From assembly GCA_964504405.1 (NCBI GenBank), contig CAZDEX010000001.1:1-29755 (forward strand): 29,755 bases of DNA, in the 5' to 3' direction. A program made the position numbers and the translations under genes. Shown here one piece after another: positions 7,111-15,848 of the stretch (position 1 is the first letter of the stretch; the number at the start of each line of letters is the position of its first letter). The stretch comes from an uncultured Gaiellales bacterium. GTDB lineage: Bacteria; Actinomycetota; Thermoleophilia; Gaiellales; Gaiellaceae. The notes below the pieces were generated by a model. That model saw nothing but the letters and a program-made list of their open reading frames with translations. It ran no database searches and had not been told where the DNA came from.

Positions 7111-7794
7111 ATGGCTCGGTCAAAGGCGCCACCGGTGAAGATCATCGTCGACGTACATGAGCGTCAGAGCGGAGTCGCCGACACGCTCATGGAGCTGGGG
7201 GCAGAGATCGAGGTCGTGTCGCTTCCGGCCGGCGACTACGCCGTGGGCGCCAATACGCTCGTTGAGCGGAAGCGCGTGCTTGACCTTCACGCCGCAGTGC
7301 TCAAGGGCCGCTTCTGGCCGCAGCTCGGCAAGCTTCGCGCAGCCTGCGCGTTTCCCTACCTGCTCGTCGAGGGCAGCGATATCGATCGCGGACCTCTCCA
7401 CCACAACGCTGTTCGCGGGGCCTGCCTCGCGGTGATCGACCAGGGGATTGCACTTCTGCGCAGCGGCTATCAGCGCGACTCGGCGTTATGGATCCACAGG
7501 CTTGCCGTCCGCTGCCAGCAGACCGAGCCCGCCGCTGATCGGCCCGCCTATGCGCAGCGGCCCAGATCGAAGCCGGGCGACGAGACGGCAGAGGCCGTCC
7601 TCGCGTCGGTCCCAGGCATTTCAACCGCGTCGGCGCGAGCACTGCTCGAGCGCTTCGGCAGCGTGGCCGCCGTGGTTACCGCCGACCCTGCCGAGTGGCT
7701 CAGTGTTCCCGGGATCGGGCCGGAGCGCGCTCGCGCGCTCCAGGAAACATTCAACCTCCGCCGGGGAGGAACGGACACCGCCGCCGGTCAGTGA
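7111..7794 (+). CDS. ERCC4-domain nuclease with C-terminal tandem helix-hairpin-helix (short XPF-like)
   Basis: IIVDVHE, GDY...VERKRVLD (GDxnERKxxxD catalytic motif), LLVEG; C-terminal VPGISTASARALLERFGS and VPGIGPERA HhH motifs. Confidence 0.88.
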   Translation: MARSKAPPVKIIVDVHERQSGVADTLMELGAEIEVVSLPAGDYAVGANTLVERKRVLDLHAAVLKGRFWPQLGKLRAACAFPYLLVEGSDIDRGPLHHNAVRGACLAVIDQGIALLRSGYQRDSALWIHRLAVRCQQTEPAADRPAYAQRPRSKPGDETAEAVLASVPGISTASARALLERFGSVAAVVTADPAEWLSVPGIGPERARALQETFNLRRGGTDTAAGQ

Positions 7795-7929
7795 CGGAGC
7801 GGGCGACCCACACGACCGTAAAAGCGATCGACGACCATCTTCGACCCGCGGTCAAGGATGGCGGTTGCAGTCAACCTCCGGAGTCTCGCTCAGAGCGTAA
7901 GCGGCGACGCTACGAATTCGGAATCCGGG

Positions 7930-7960
7930 CGGGTCGCGCAATGGTCGGTTCGGTCCATTC
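7930..7960. repeat. Dispersed ~31-bp motif, degenerate copy 3
   Basis: CGGGTCGCGCAATGGTCGGTTCGGTCCATTC; 24/31 identical to copy 1 without gaps. Confidence 0.65.
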
Positions 7961-7963
7961 AGG

Positions 7964-7994
7964 AAGAGCCCCGATCCAGAGGCTCTTTTGTTGT
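7964..7994 (+). terminator. Intrinsic terminator downstream of the ERCC4 gene
   Basis: AAGAGCC...GGCTCTT stem followed by TTGTTGT. Confidence 0.6.
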
Positions 7995-8345
7995 CTCACC
8001 TGACGCGCAAGACGATCAGGTCATCTCGCGCGTACGGCTCGCGATGCGTTTGCCCAAGCGGGCTGGAGTGGGGGCATTGCTGCGAGCTCATGCTGGCGCA
8101 ACTCGTGGTCAGGCGCTTGCGCCCAACCGCCGGCGCGCCGCACCGCCACGCGGTTCTTCGCCAGTGAAGTGGGAACGGCTACTAGGCGTTCAGGACAATC
8201 GGGTCGCGTACTCGGTCCGCTCGCGCGGGTCAACCGCCGCAGAACGGGCGCGGAAAGAAAACGGCCCGGGGCCGGTGCTACGACCGGGTGGCGCCGAAGT
8301 CGAAGCCTGACACGGAGACGGCGCTTACGATCCAGGATCTGCGCC

Positions 8346-9665
8346 ATGGCCGTCACGTCGATCAACCGCGGCGAACGCTCCCGGCCGGCGACCCTCGTCC
8401 CTGTCGGGATCCTCGTGTCATACGCGGCGCTCGGGCTCTGGGACGTCCGCCGGTTCCCGTGGACGCGGAGCTACGACGCGGGCGCGTCCGATCTCTATGC
8501 GCAGTCCCTGACCCATCGCCTCCACCTGCCCGGTCCGCACGAGACCGACGTCTGGCACAACCCTCCGCTCTTCTACGCAGTCGCAGCCGTCGTCGAACGC
8601 GCGGCGAGGTTCGTCGGGCTCGAGCCCCATCACGCGGTCCAGTACCTATCGCTCGCCTGCGGGCTTCTCACGGTCGCACTCGCCTACCTGACCGCCCGGC
8701 TCCTGTTCCCGCGCTCGGCCTCGATCCAGCTCGGAACGCTTGTCGCCGCAGCCGCCACACCGGTCCTCGTGCGCGGTTCGCTCATGTACCACCCGGAGCC
8801 GTTCGCGACGGCACTGTCCGCCGGCGGCGTGTACCTCGCGGCGCGGGCGGCCGCTCGTCGCCCGACGGCGGCGGCCGGAGCCGCCGCAGGGCTTCTGCTC
8901 GGGCTCTCGACCCTCACGCGTTCCTGGGCGCTCGCGGAGACGGCCGTAATCGCGCTCGTCTTCCTCGTCGTGTGGCGTCTGCGGAAGGAACCGGGCGCGC
9001 AACGGTTCCTCGTCGCCCTCCTCGCGGTCTGGGCGGCGTTGTCGCTGCCGTGGTACGTGACGCAGACCGTGCGTTTCGGCGATCCCTTCGCGTTCAGCCG
9101 GCCGAACCCCGTGCAGTGGAAGCAGCATGGTCGGCCTCTCTCGTTCTTCACGACCCTCGACGTCCGAGCGGTCTTCCACGACCCGTACCAACCGACCTAT
9201 CGGAACGTTCTCGTCCCGGTGCTTTACACGGACTGGTGGGGCGACTACTCGCGGTACTTCTCCGTGCCGAGGACGATGACCAACACCCCGCGCGTGCTCC
9301 CGGCGCGATACCGCCACCCGCTTGTCCTGCAGTCGATCGTCGGACTGCTCCCGACGATTCTGGCGCTCGTCGGGGCGATCGGGCTCGGGCGGGACGCCGT
9401 CCGCCGCCGCTCGGCGCCTCTCGCGATTGTCCTCGGGGCCGGAGTCTGCGTCGCGGCGGCATTCGTCGCGTTCCTCGTCGAGTACCCGAAGCTCGACGGG
9501 GACAACATCAAGGCGATGTACATGCTCGACCTCGTCGTGCCCGTCGCCTTGTGCACGGGGTACGGCCTGGAACTCGTCCGTCGCCGCGCGCCGCGCCTGG
9601 TGTGGTTGCTGCTCGTCGCACTCGCCGTCGCGATTGCCGTCGACGTGCGCTTCCTGGTGCTCTGA
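8346..9665 (+). CDS. GT-C fold glycosyltransferase (ArnT/PMT-like)
   Basis: Polytopic membrane protein with YD...HNPPLFY first loop, HPEPF, and LTRSW followed by PWY motifs. ATG 8346 preferred over the track start. Confidence 0.8.
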   Translation: MAVTSINRGERSRPATLVPVGILVSYAALGLWDVRRFPWTRSYDAGASDLYAQSLTHRLHLPGPHETDVWHNPPLFYAVAAVVERAARFVGLEPHHAVQYLSLACGLLTVALAYLTARLLFPRSASIQLGTLVAAAATPVLVRGSLMYHPEPFATALSAGGVYLAARAAARRPTAAAGAAAGLLLGLSTLTRSWALAETAVIALVFLVVWRLRKEPGAQRFLVALLAVWAALSLPWYVTQTVRFGDPFAFSRPNPVQWKQHGRPLSFFTTLDVRAVFHDPYQPTYRNVLVPVLYTDWWGDYSRYFSVPRTMTNTPRVLPARYRHPLVLQSIVGLLPTILALVGAIGLGRDAVRRRSAPLAIVLGAGVCVAAAFVAFLVEYPKLDGDNIKAMYMLDLVVPVALCTGYGLELVRRRAPRLVWLLLVALAVAIAVDVRFLVL

Positions 9666-9893
9666 CCGTCGACTTGACGGGCCGGAGTTGGCCCCACCTT
9701 GCCGTCGGCACGTGTGAGTCGGGAAATATGGAGACGGACACGATCGTTCGGTTCGACGACACGCAGCGCGATCACGTCGGCCCACGGCAGGCGTTTTCGC
9801 GACGGGCTTGGGCGCAAACGTCCCCGGGAGTTTCCGCTTCTCTGAACGCTCGTCGCCCATGCGGAGGCGATTCGCGCACGGCAGCCAGCGGCG

Positions 9894-10140
9894 CTATGCC
9901 ATGTGGATCTCGACGTCGCCGGCGATGCCGCCGAGGATCGTGTAGTCCGTCCGCACCGTCTGCAGGATCGAACCGGGCACGAATTCGGTCACCGGCCCGT
10001 GCGCCACGAGCCGCGCGATGAAGCGCTGCCACGAGACCCCGCGGCCGATGTCACCGTCGAGCCAGAAGCTGCGGTGTGGAGTGCGTTCTGCATGATCGTC
10101 ATCAGGTGCAGTTCGACGAGCTGCGCACCATCCGCGCGGC
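9894..10140 (-). pseudogene. C-terminal remnant of a NagB-like sugar-phosphate isomerase/deaminase
   Basis: Two frames read ...QLVELHLMTIMQNALH and HRSFWLDGDIGRGVSWQRFIARLVAHGPVTEFVPGSILQ...HMA*. The GPVT..VPGSILQ end resembles the NagB family. No N-terminus; frame break near 10075. Confidence 0.5.
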
Positions 10141-10215
10141 CCTCGTCGCGGGCGGATGCGACGGCACCCGCCAGATCGTGTCGCGTGTCGCGAGACCGGC
10201 GCAGACGACCTGCAT
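10102..10215 (-). pseudogene. N-terminal remnant of a PfkB-family carbohydrate kinase
   Basis: MQVVCAGLATRDTIWRVPSHPP coupled (TGATG) to the mannosidase stop; similarity is lost after about 22 codons. Confidence 0.6.
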
Positions 10216-13058
10216 CAGTCGACGAGCACCGTGATCACCTCGTGCGGCCGGTACGGAAGCACGAGCGTGCCGTCCTCGACGGTGACTTCGCCCAGCTCGT
10301 CCTCGAGCGCGTTGGCGAGCCGCGCGCGCTCGACCGGTCGCGCAAGCCGCACGCGCGCCACGCCGCGTCCACCGTGCGCCTCGTAGAGGCGCAGGACGAG
10401 GGCGTCGGAGCGCTCGCCGCGCTTGATCGTGTCGAGCACGAGGTTGTCGACGTCGACCGACGCGAACGACCCGCCGACGCCGGCCGTCCAGCGCAGCGGC
10501 GCGTTGAAGCGGATCGCCTCCGCGACGACGCCCGCTTCGCGCCAGCCGCCTGCATGCGGGTACAGCGCGTAGGCGAACTCGTGCCGGCCGATGTCGGCCT
10601 GCGGGTCCGGGCTCTTCGGCGCTCGCAGCAGGCTGATGCGCAATTCGTTGCCGTAGCAGCTGTAGCCGTACTTCGAGTCGGTAAGGACCGCGGCGCCGAA
10701 ACCGTGCTCCGAGAGATCGGCCCACCGATGGCCCGGCACCTCGTAGCGGGCGCGGTCGAAGCTCGTCGAGTGGTGCGTCGGCCGCTCGGCGTACCCGAAC
10801 GGCGCTTCGTACGTCGCCGTCGGAGCGCGCACGTCGAGGGGGAACGCGACCTTGAGCAGCTTGTGCTCCTCGTTCCAGTCGACCGTCGTGTGGAACTCGA
10901 GGCGCGGTGAGCCCGCGTCGAGCCGCACGACCTGCCGCATCGCGCTCGTCTCGCCGAGGCGGCGCTCGAATGCGACCTCCACGCGCAGTGGGCCGTCCGA
11001 CACCACCCGCCACGCGTCGGCCGGCGGCACGTCGTCGCGCGTCTCGAGGTGCGACGGGTCGATGTCCCACGCGTCGAACTTCACCGGCAGGTCCTCGTAC
11101 AGCTCGAGGCGGTTGCCGGGAGCGGCGAGCGCCTCGCGCCCGGTTGCCTTCTCGACGACGGAGCGGACCGTGCCGTCCTCGCCGAGCTCGACGCGCAGAT
11201 GCGCGTTCTCGAGCGTCAGCCCGTCGATCGTGACCGCGTCGTCGGCCTCGACGACCGCGCCGTCGCCGTACGGCGGCGCCTCGACGACGACGTCTCCGAC
11301 GACCTCCCGCCGGTGGAAGCCGACCGTGTTGACCGGCGTCGCGCCCGCACCGACGAGCGTGCGGAGCGACGAGTCGAGCTCCGCGAAGTCGCTCCGCGCG
11401 TCGTCATAGACGAGCGTGATCGAGGAGCCGGGGAGGATGTCGTGGAACTGCTGCAGGAGCAGGAGCGTCCAGAGCCGGTCGAGCTCGTCGCGCGCGTAAT
11501 CGCCGCGCACGGCGCCGAGGAACTCGGCGTCGTGCAGCAGCTGCTCGCAGACGCGGTTGCCACGTTTGACGAACGCCTGCGACGTGAAGACACCACGGTG
11601 GTACTCGAAGTACAGCTCGCCGACGACCACCGGCCGTGTGGTCTCCTCCGCCTCGAGTGCGCTGAAGAACTCGTCGCTGGTCGCGGGATGGACGCGCGGA
11701 AGCCCTTGCAGGTCGCGCATCCGCCGCAGCCGCTCGAGCATCGCGCGCGTCGGCCCGCCGCCGCCGTCGCCGTAGCCGTAGACGAGCAGGCTCGTCGCGC
11801 TCGACTCGTGATCCTTGAACTCGCGCTGGGCGTACAGCACCTCTTGCACGCTCACGTCGCTGTTGTAGTTGTCGGCGGGCGGAAAGTGGCCGAGCACCTC
11901 GCTGCCGTCGATTCCCTGCCAGACGAACGTGTGCGAGTCGGGGCGGTTGAAGCGGTTCCACGAGAGCTTCTGGGTGAGGAAGCGGGAGATGCCCGAGAGG
12001 CGCATCAGCTGCGGCAGCTGCCCGCAGTAGCCGAACGCGTCCGGCGACCAGAACTCGGTGCAGCGGCGTCCGAGCTCCTCTTCGAAGAAGCGCTGGCCGT
12101 GCACGAACTGCCGAAGCAGCGACTCGCCCGACGGGATGTTGCAGTCGGGCTCGACCCATGTCCCTCCGACCGGCACGAACTGTCCGCCGTCGACCTTCTC
12201 GCGCATCCGCTCCCAGAGATCGGGGTTGCGCTCTTTGATCCACGCGTACTGCACGGCCTGTGAGCACGCGAAGCGGTACTCGGGGTACTCGTCCATGTAG
12301 CGCGTCTGACTGCTGAACGTGCGCACGAGCTTGCGGTAGGTCTCCTCGAGCGGCCACAGCCACGCGGTGTCGATGTGGGCGTGCCCGATCGCCGCCGTGT
12401 CGTGGACGTGCGTCGCGTTGCGGTGCTCGTAGAGCTCGCGCAGGATCGCCGGGTCGCGCTCGTTGCAGAAGCGGTTCAGCTCGGCGCGCAGCTTGCCGCC
12501 CCAGCTGGGCTCGAGCGAGCCCGACGCCTCGAGCGCGCGCAGCACCTCGAAGTCGTGGTAGAGCCGCCAGGCCTCCGCGTCGAAGAGCGCGAGCTCGCAG
12601 CGCTCCAGCTCCGGCGGCGCGTCGAGCCGCCCGAAGAGCCCGTTGCAGGCGAGCTCGATCGCGAGCTCGACCCGCTCGCCGCCGCGCGCGCTGTCGACAA
12701 GCCGCGCATCCGGGCGGCGCGTGTGGTCGGCACCGTGCAGGCCCTGGATGCTGCGTCCGTCCATCCAGAGCGTGGACTCGGCGGCGGTCGCCCAGATCAG
12801 GTCGACCGGCTGCCCCCGCCACGCCTCCGGCACGGTCGCCGCGAGCCTGAACCAGTACGTCGCCCACAGCGGCCCGAGGCGTTCGCCGAGCTCGGCGGGG
12901 CGGTAGTCGAGGCCTGCGGCCTCGTCGATCGGGATCCGGTCGACGGGCCCTGCGACGAGCAGTTCGTCGGCCGCGACCGTCTCCGGGTACACGTTGTCCA
13001 GCAGACGCTGTGACATCTGCGCGAGCCGTTCGCGCGTGTACTCGGTATGACGGATCAA
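10215..13058 (-). CDS. Alpha-mannosidase, glycoside hydrolase family 38
   Basis: GHAHIDTAWLWP, VGGTWVEPD, WSPDAFG (nucleophile Asp), FLTQKLSWN, QFHDILPGSSI; 947 aa uninterrupted. Confidence 0.95.
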   Translation of the reverse strand: MIRHTEYTRERLAQMSQRLLDNVYPETVAADELLVAGPVDRIPIDEAAGLDYRPAELGERLGPLWATYWFRLAATVPEAWRGQPVDLIWATAAESTLWMDGRSIQGLHGADHTRRPDARLVDSARGGERVELAIELACNGLFGRLDAPPELERCELALFDAEAWRLYHDFEVLRALEASGSLEPSWGGKLRAELNRFCNERDPAILRELYEHRNATHVHDTAAIGHAHIDTAWLWPLEETYRKLVRTFSSQTRYMDEYPEYRFACSQAVQYAWIKERNPDLWERMREKVDGGQFVPVGGTWVEPDCNIPSGESLLRQFVHGQRFFEEELGRRCTEFWSPDAFGYCGQLPQLMRLSGISRFLTQKLSWNRFNRPDSHTFVWQGIDGSEVLGHFPPADNYNSDVSVQEVLYAQREFKDHESSATSLLVYGYGDGGGGPTRAMLERLRRMRDLQGLPRVHPATSDEFFSALEAEETTRPVVVGELYFEYHRGVFTSQAFVKRGNRVCEQLLHDAEFLGAVRGDYARDELDRLWTLLLLQQFHDILPGSSITLVYDDARSDFAELDSSLRTLVGAGATPVNTVGFHRREVVGDVVVEAPPYGDGAVVEADDAVTIDGLTLENAHLRVELGEDGTVRSVVEKATGREALAAPGNRLELYEDLPVKFDAWDIDPSHLETRDDVPPADAWRVVSDGPLRVEVAFERRLGETSAMRQVVRLDAGSPRLEFHTTVDWNEEHKLLKVAFPLDVRAPTATYEAPFGYAERPTHHSTSFDRARYEVPGHRWADLSEHGFGAAVLTDSKYGYSCYGNELRISLLRAPKSPDPQADIGRHEFAYALYPHAGGWREAGVVAEAIRFNAPLRWTAGVGGSFASVDVDNLVLDTIKRGERSDALVLRLYEAHGGRGVARVRLARPVERARLANALEDELGEVTVEDGTLVLPYRPHEVITVLVD

Positions 13059-13190
13059 CTACGCCGTTGCGCCGGCAAGCTGGCGGTCCAGCAGGCTCTC
13101 GCCGGTCTCCGGCGAGAAGTAGTACACGCGCGAGGGATCGATCGCGAGCGTGAGGCGCGCGCCTGCTGCGGCCTTCGTGCGCGCGTCCAC
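13059..13190 (-). pseudogene. C-terminal remnant of a MalK-type sugar ABC ATPase
   Basis: VDARTKAAAGARLTLAIDPSRVYYFSPETGESLL...* (TOBE/OB-fold end); stop abuts the mannosidase start; no Walker motifs present. Confidence 0.7.
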
Positions 13191-13309
13191 ACGCGGCCGA
13201 CGACCTCGTCCGAGTACGGCGACGTCACGTCGTCCCACTCGCCGGTCTCGACCCATTCACCCGCGAGGAAGAGGCCTCGTGTCCGCGCGTTCTGAACGGT
13301 GCCCGCCAT
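13190..13309 (-). pseudogene. N-terminal remnant of an aldehyde dehydrogenase
   Basis: MAGTVQNARTRGLFLAGEWVETGEWDDVTSPYSDEVVGRV matches the ALDH N-terminal LFIxGEW...xPxxxEVxGRV pattern, then breaks off. Confidence 0.7.
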
Positions 13310-13380
13310 GCGCGTCCACTGTAGCCCGGCGCCCCGGAGCGGGAACTCGGCAGCGGCGCGGCGCGGCGCGGCAGTCGCCG

Positions 13381-14202
13381 CTACCCGGTCGGGCGCCGCT
13401 CGAAGGCCCACTGGAGGCCATGCTGTACCTGCTGCCTCCACTGGCCGCGCTGCGTGGGGACGGTGTCGAGCGTCGCCGACACCCCGAGCCGCTCGAGCTG
13501 ACGGGCGAAGGCGATCGTCTCGCTCGCCGGGATTCGATGATCGTGCGTGGGGCCGGTCGAGAGAAAGAAGCGCATACCGAGCCGGCTGATGTTCCGGGCA
13601 TGGCCGGCAGCGAGCAACTGCGGATCGTTCGCGCGGAGGGTTGCGGTCGACGCGTGCGTGAACGGCGCATCGGGGAGGGGATGGAAGTAGCCGCTCCAGG
13701 ATTCCACCGTGCGGAAGAGCGTGGGGTTCCGAAGGGCGATGTCGACGGCGCCGTACCCGCCGGCCGAGAGGCCGGCGATCGTTCGCCCGGCCGGAGACGC
13801 CAACGTCCGGAAGTGCGAGTCCGACCATGGGACGACGTGATCGACGACGTAGCGTTCCCAGGCGCCTGCCCACTCACCGCGGTAGTCGTGCGAGACCCCG
13901 GCTGAAGGCATCACCGCGATGAAGGGCCGCATCGCTCCGCTGTTGATCTCGGCATCGGCGAAGTGCAGCAAGTCGGTCCCGCTGACGTACTCGGACGGCG
14001 AGCCGGGCAGACCGTGCAGCAGGTAGATGACGGGGTAGCGCCCCGGCGAGGTGTCGTAGCCCGGCGGGAGGTAGACGAGCGCCGTGCGTGGACCTCCCGC
14101 GATGACGCCGCTCAGGATCTGGCCGCCGTTCGGTCCGACGCTCGTCACCCCGAAACCGGGGGTCAAGGTGAACGCGGTCAGGATGGTTGCGAGTGTCCGC
14201 AC
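13381..14202 (-). CDS. Secreted alpha/beta-hydrolase, putative esterase family
   Basis: Signal-like N-terminus; VYLPPGY, YPVIYLLHG, IAGLSAGG nucleophile elbow. Confidence 0.85.
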   Translation of the reverse strand: MRTLATILTAFTLTPGFGVTSVGPNGGQILSGVIAGGPRTALVYLPPGYDTSPGRYPVIYLLHGLPGSPSEYVSGTDLLHFADAEINSGAMRPFIAVMPSAGVSHDYRGEWAGAWERYVVDHVVPWSDSHFRTLASPAGRTIAGLSAGGYGAVDIALRNPTLFRTVESWSGYFHPLPDAPFTHASTATLRANDPQLLAAGHARNISRLGMRFFLSTGPTHDHRIPASETIAFARQLERLGVSATLDTVPTQRGQWRQQVQHGLQWAFERRPTG

Positions 14203-14299
14203 GCACCCAAAGTAGGCCGCAATCGTTCAGACGCCGTTAGGGGGAGCCTCTCCTCGTGTAAACCGCCCGCCCGCGGCTATGGTATGCGGCGCTGGCTTC

Positions 14300-14980
14300 A
14301 TGAACCGTCGCGCGAGCATCCAGATGTCCTCGGCGACCGTACTGGTCGGCGTCGTCATGCTCACGACAGCGTCTGCTGTCTCCGGAGTGGGGCCGTCCAT
14401 GGCTGCGCTGTCCTTCAGCCCGAGCCGTCTCGCGGAGGGGCGCGTATGGCTCCTTCTGTCGAGCGCGCTCGTTGTCGACCGTCCGGTGCTGCTCTCCCTT
14501 CTTTCGTTCGCGGCGCTTGCCCTCGTGACCGTCCGCGTGTGTGGACCGCGCGTCTTTTGGTGGGCGGCCTGCTACGGGCATGTGGGCTCAACGCTGATCG
14601 TCTACGCGTTGATCGGCGTTGCCCGAGCATTCGACAGGGGTTCGTTCGGATCGGCGCTGAATGCCCACGATTTCGGCGTTTCGGCCATCTCGTCTGCGTG
14701 GTTGGGGGCAACTGCGACCGAGATGTGGACGCTTCGGACTGGGCGACGGCCAAGAGCAGCGATCGCGATCGGCTGCTGCGCCATCGGCGTGTTCGCGTAC
14801 ATGGTTCGTCGCGACGTGTCGGTGCTGTCGACGGAGCATTTCGTTGCCTTCGCGCTCGGAGTGGCGGTTGCGCTGCCGGGCGGCGCCGCGGCTGGAATGG
14901 GCCGCCGTGCGGCGGCCCTGCGGCGGATCCCGTTTCTACGACAGCCTCGGCGAGATTTCGACCTGCTGACACGGTTGTAA
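14300..14980 (+). CDS. Rhomboid-like intramembrane protein (paralog 1)
   Basis: Multiple TM helices; GHVGSTL, DFGVSA (candidate Ser), EHF (candidate His). ATG 14300 preferred. Confidence 0.65.
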   Translation: MNRRASIQMSSATVLVGVVMLTTASAVSGVGPSMAALSFSPSRLAEGRVWLLLSSALVVDRPVLLSLLSFAALALVTVRVCGPRVFWWAACYGHVGSTLIVYALIGVARAFDRGSFGSALNAHDFGVSAISSAWLGATATEMWTLRTGRRPRAAIAIGCCAIGVFAYMVRRDVSVLSTEHFVAFALGVAVALPGGAAAGMGRRAAALRRIPFLRQPRRDFDLLTRL

Positions 14981-15014
14981 TGCGCTCTTCACAAAGAGCG
15001 CCGATCCTGGGGCT

Positions 15015-15848
15015 ATGACGATCCCTCTGATCTCCGTTCGCCGTCTCCCGGTGACCGTCGGGCTCGTAACTGCGATCTCACTTGCGACGGTCTGGTCGTC
15101 GGAGCTGAGCGAGGCTCAGCGGCAGCGCCTGATGCTTCTCTCGAGCACCAACCTGCACGGCCTGGCGGCCCATCCACTGACGGTCCTGCTGACGAGCGTG
15201 CTGTGGTCGACGCCCGGCGGTCTGTTGACCTTCGTTGCACCTGCGGCGGTCATCCTCGGCGTGATCGAGTGGAGGATCGGCCCGTGGCGAACGCTGACGG
15301 TCGTTGCGGCCGGCCATGTCGGAGGCACGCTGCTGTCGGCCTCGGGGATCGCGTCGGGCATCAGCTTGGGCACGCTTCCGGTTGCCGCTGCGGGAGCTGT
15401 CGACGTGGGTGCGAGCTACGCCGTCATGGCCGCGGTCGGTTTCGCGATCGTGCTCGTGGTCGGGCACGCACGCGTCGTTCTCGGTGTCGCGTTGCTCGGC
15501 TGGCTCGCTGCGGGCGTCGTTCTCGACCGCGACTTCACTGCCTTCGGGCACCTCTTTGCCGCGCTGATCGGATTCGCGCTCGCGGTGGGCGGCCTGGGCA
15601 TCCCACGGCCATCACGGCCCCGCATTGCGACGGCGATCGTCGTCGCGCTGATGGCCGTTGCGCCGCTCACGGGATACGTCGACCTCTATACCGCGGAAGG
15701 CGCGACGATCGCGCGTCCGTCGCCCGCGACGGGACGGGGACATACGAACCACGCGACGCGCGATCGCGAGCTCAGCCATCGACAGGCAACCGGCGTCCGG
15801 CACGCGGTGTCTGCTCGAAGCGGCATGAACGCATCCGTCAGCGACTAG
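15015..15848 (+). CDS. Rhomboid-like intramembrane protein (paralog 2)
   Basis: STNLHGL, GHVGGTL, DVGASY, DFTAFGHLFAALIG, typical of actinobacterial rhomboid-like proteins. Confidence 0.75.
   Translation: MTIPLISVRRLPVTVGLVTAISLATVWSSELSEAQRQRLMLLSSTNLHGLAAHPLTVLLTSVLWSTPGGLLTFVAPAAVILGVIEWRIGPWRTLTVVAAGHVGGTLLSASGIASGISLGTLPVAAAGAVDVGASYAVMAAVGFAIVLVVGHARVVLGVALLGWLAAGVVLDRDFTAFGHLFAALIGFALAVGGLGIPRPSRPRIATAIVVALMAVAPLTGYVDLYTAEGATIARPSPATGRGHTNHATRDRELSHRQATGVRHAVSARSGMNASVSD

Noticed and set aside
5864-7960. Repeats as a CRISPR array
   Set aside because: Spacing of about 1 kb with genes in between; no cas genes.
7858-8310. 150-aa ORF in the intergenic stretch
   Set aside because: Spans a repeat and a terminator, has no motifs and low-complexity composition; probably spurious.
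13355-13376. Short GCGGC tandem run
   Set aside because: Low-complexity GC-rich intergenic sequence with no supporting structure.
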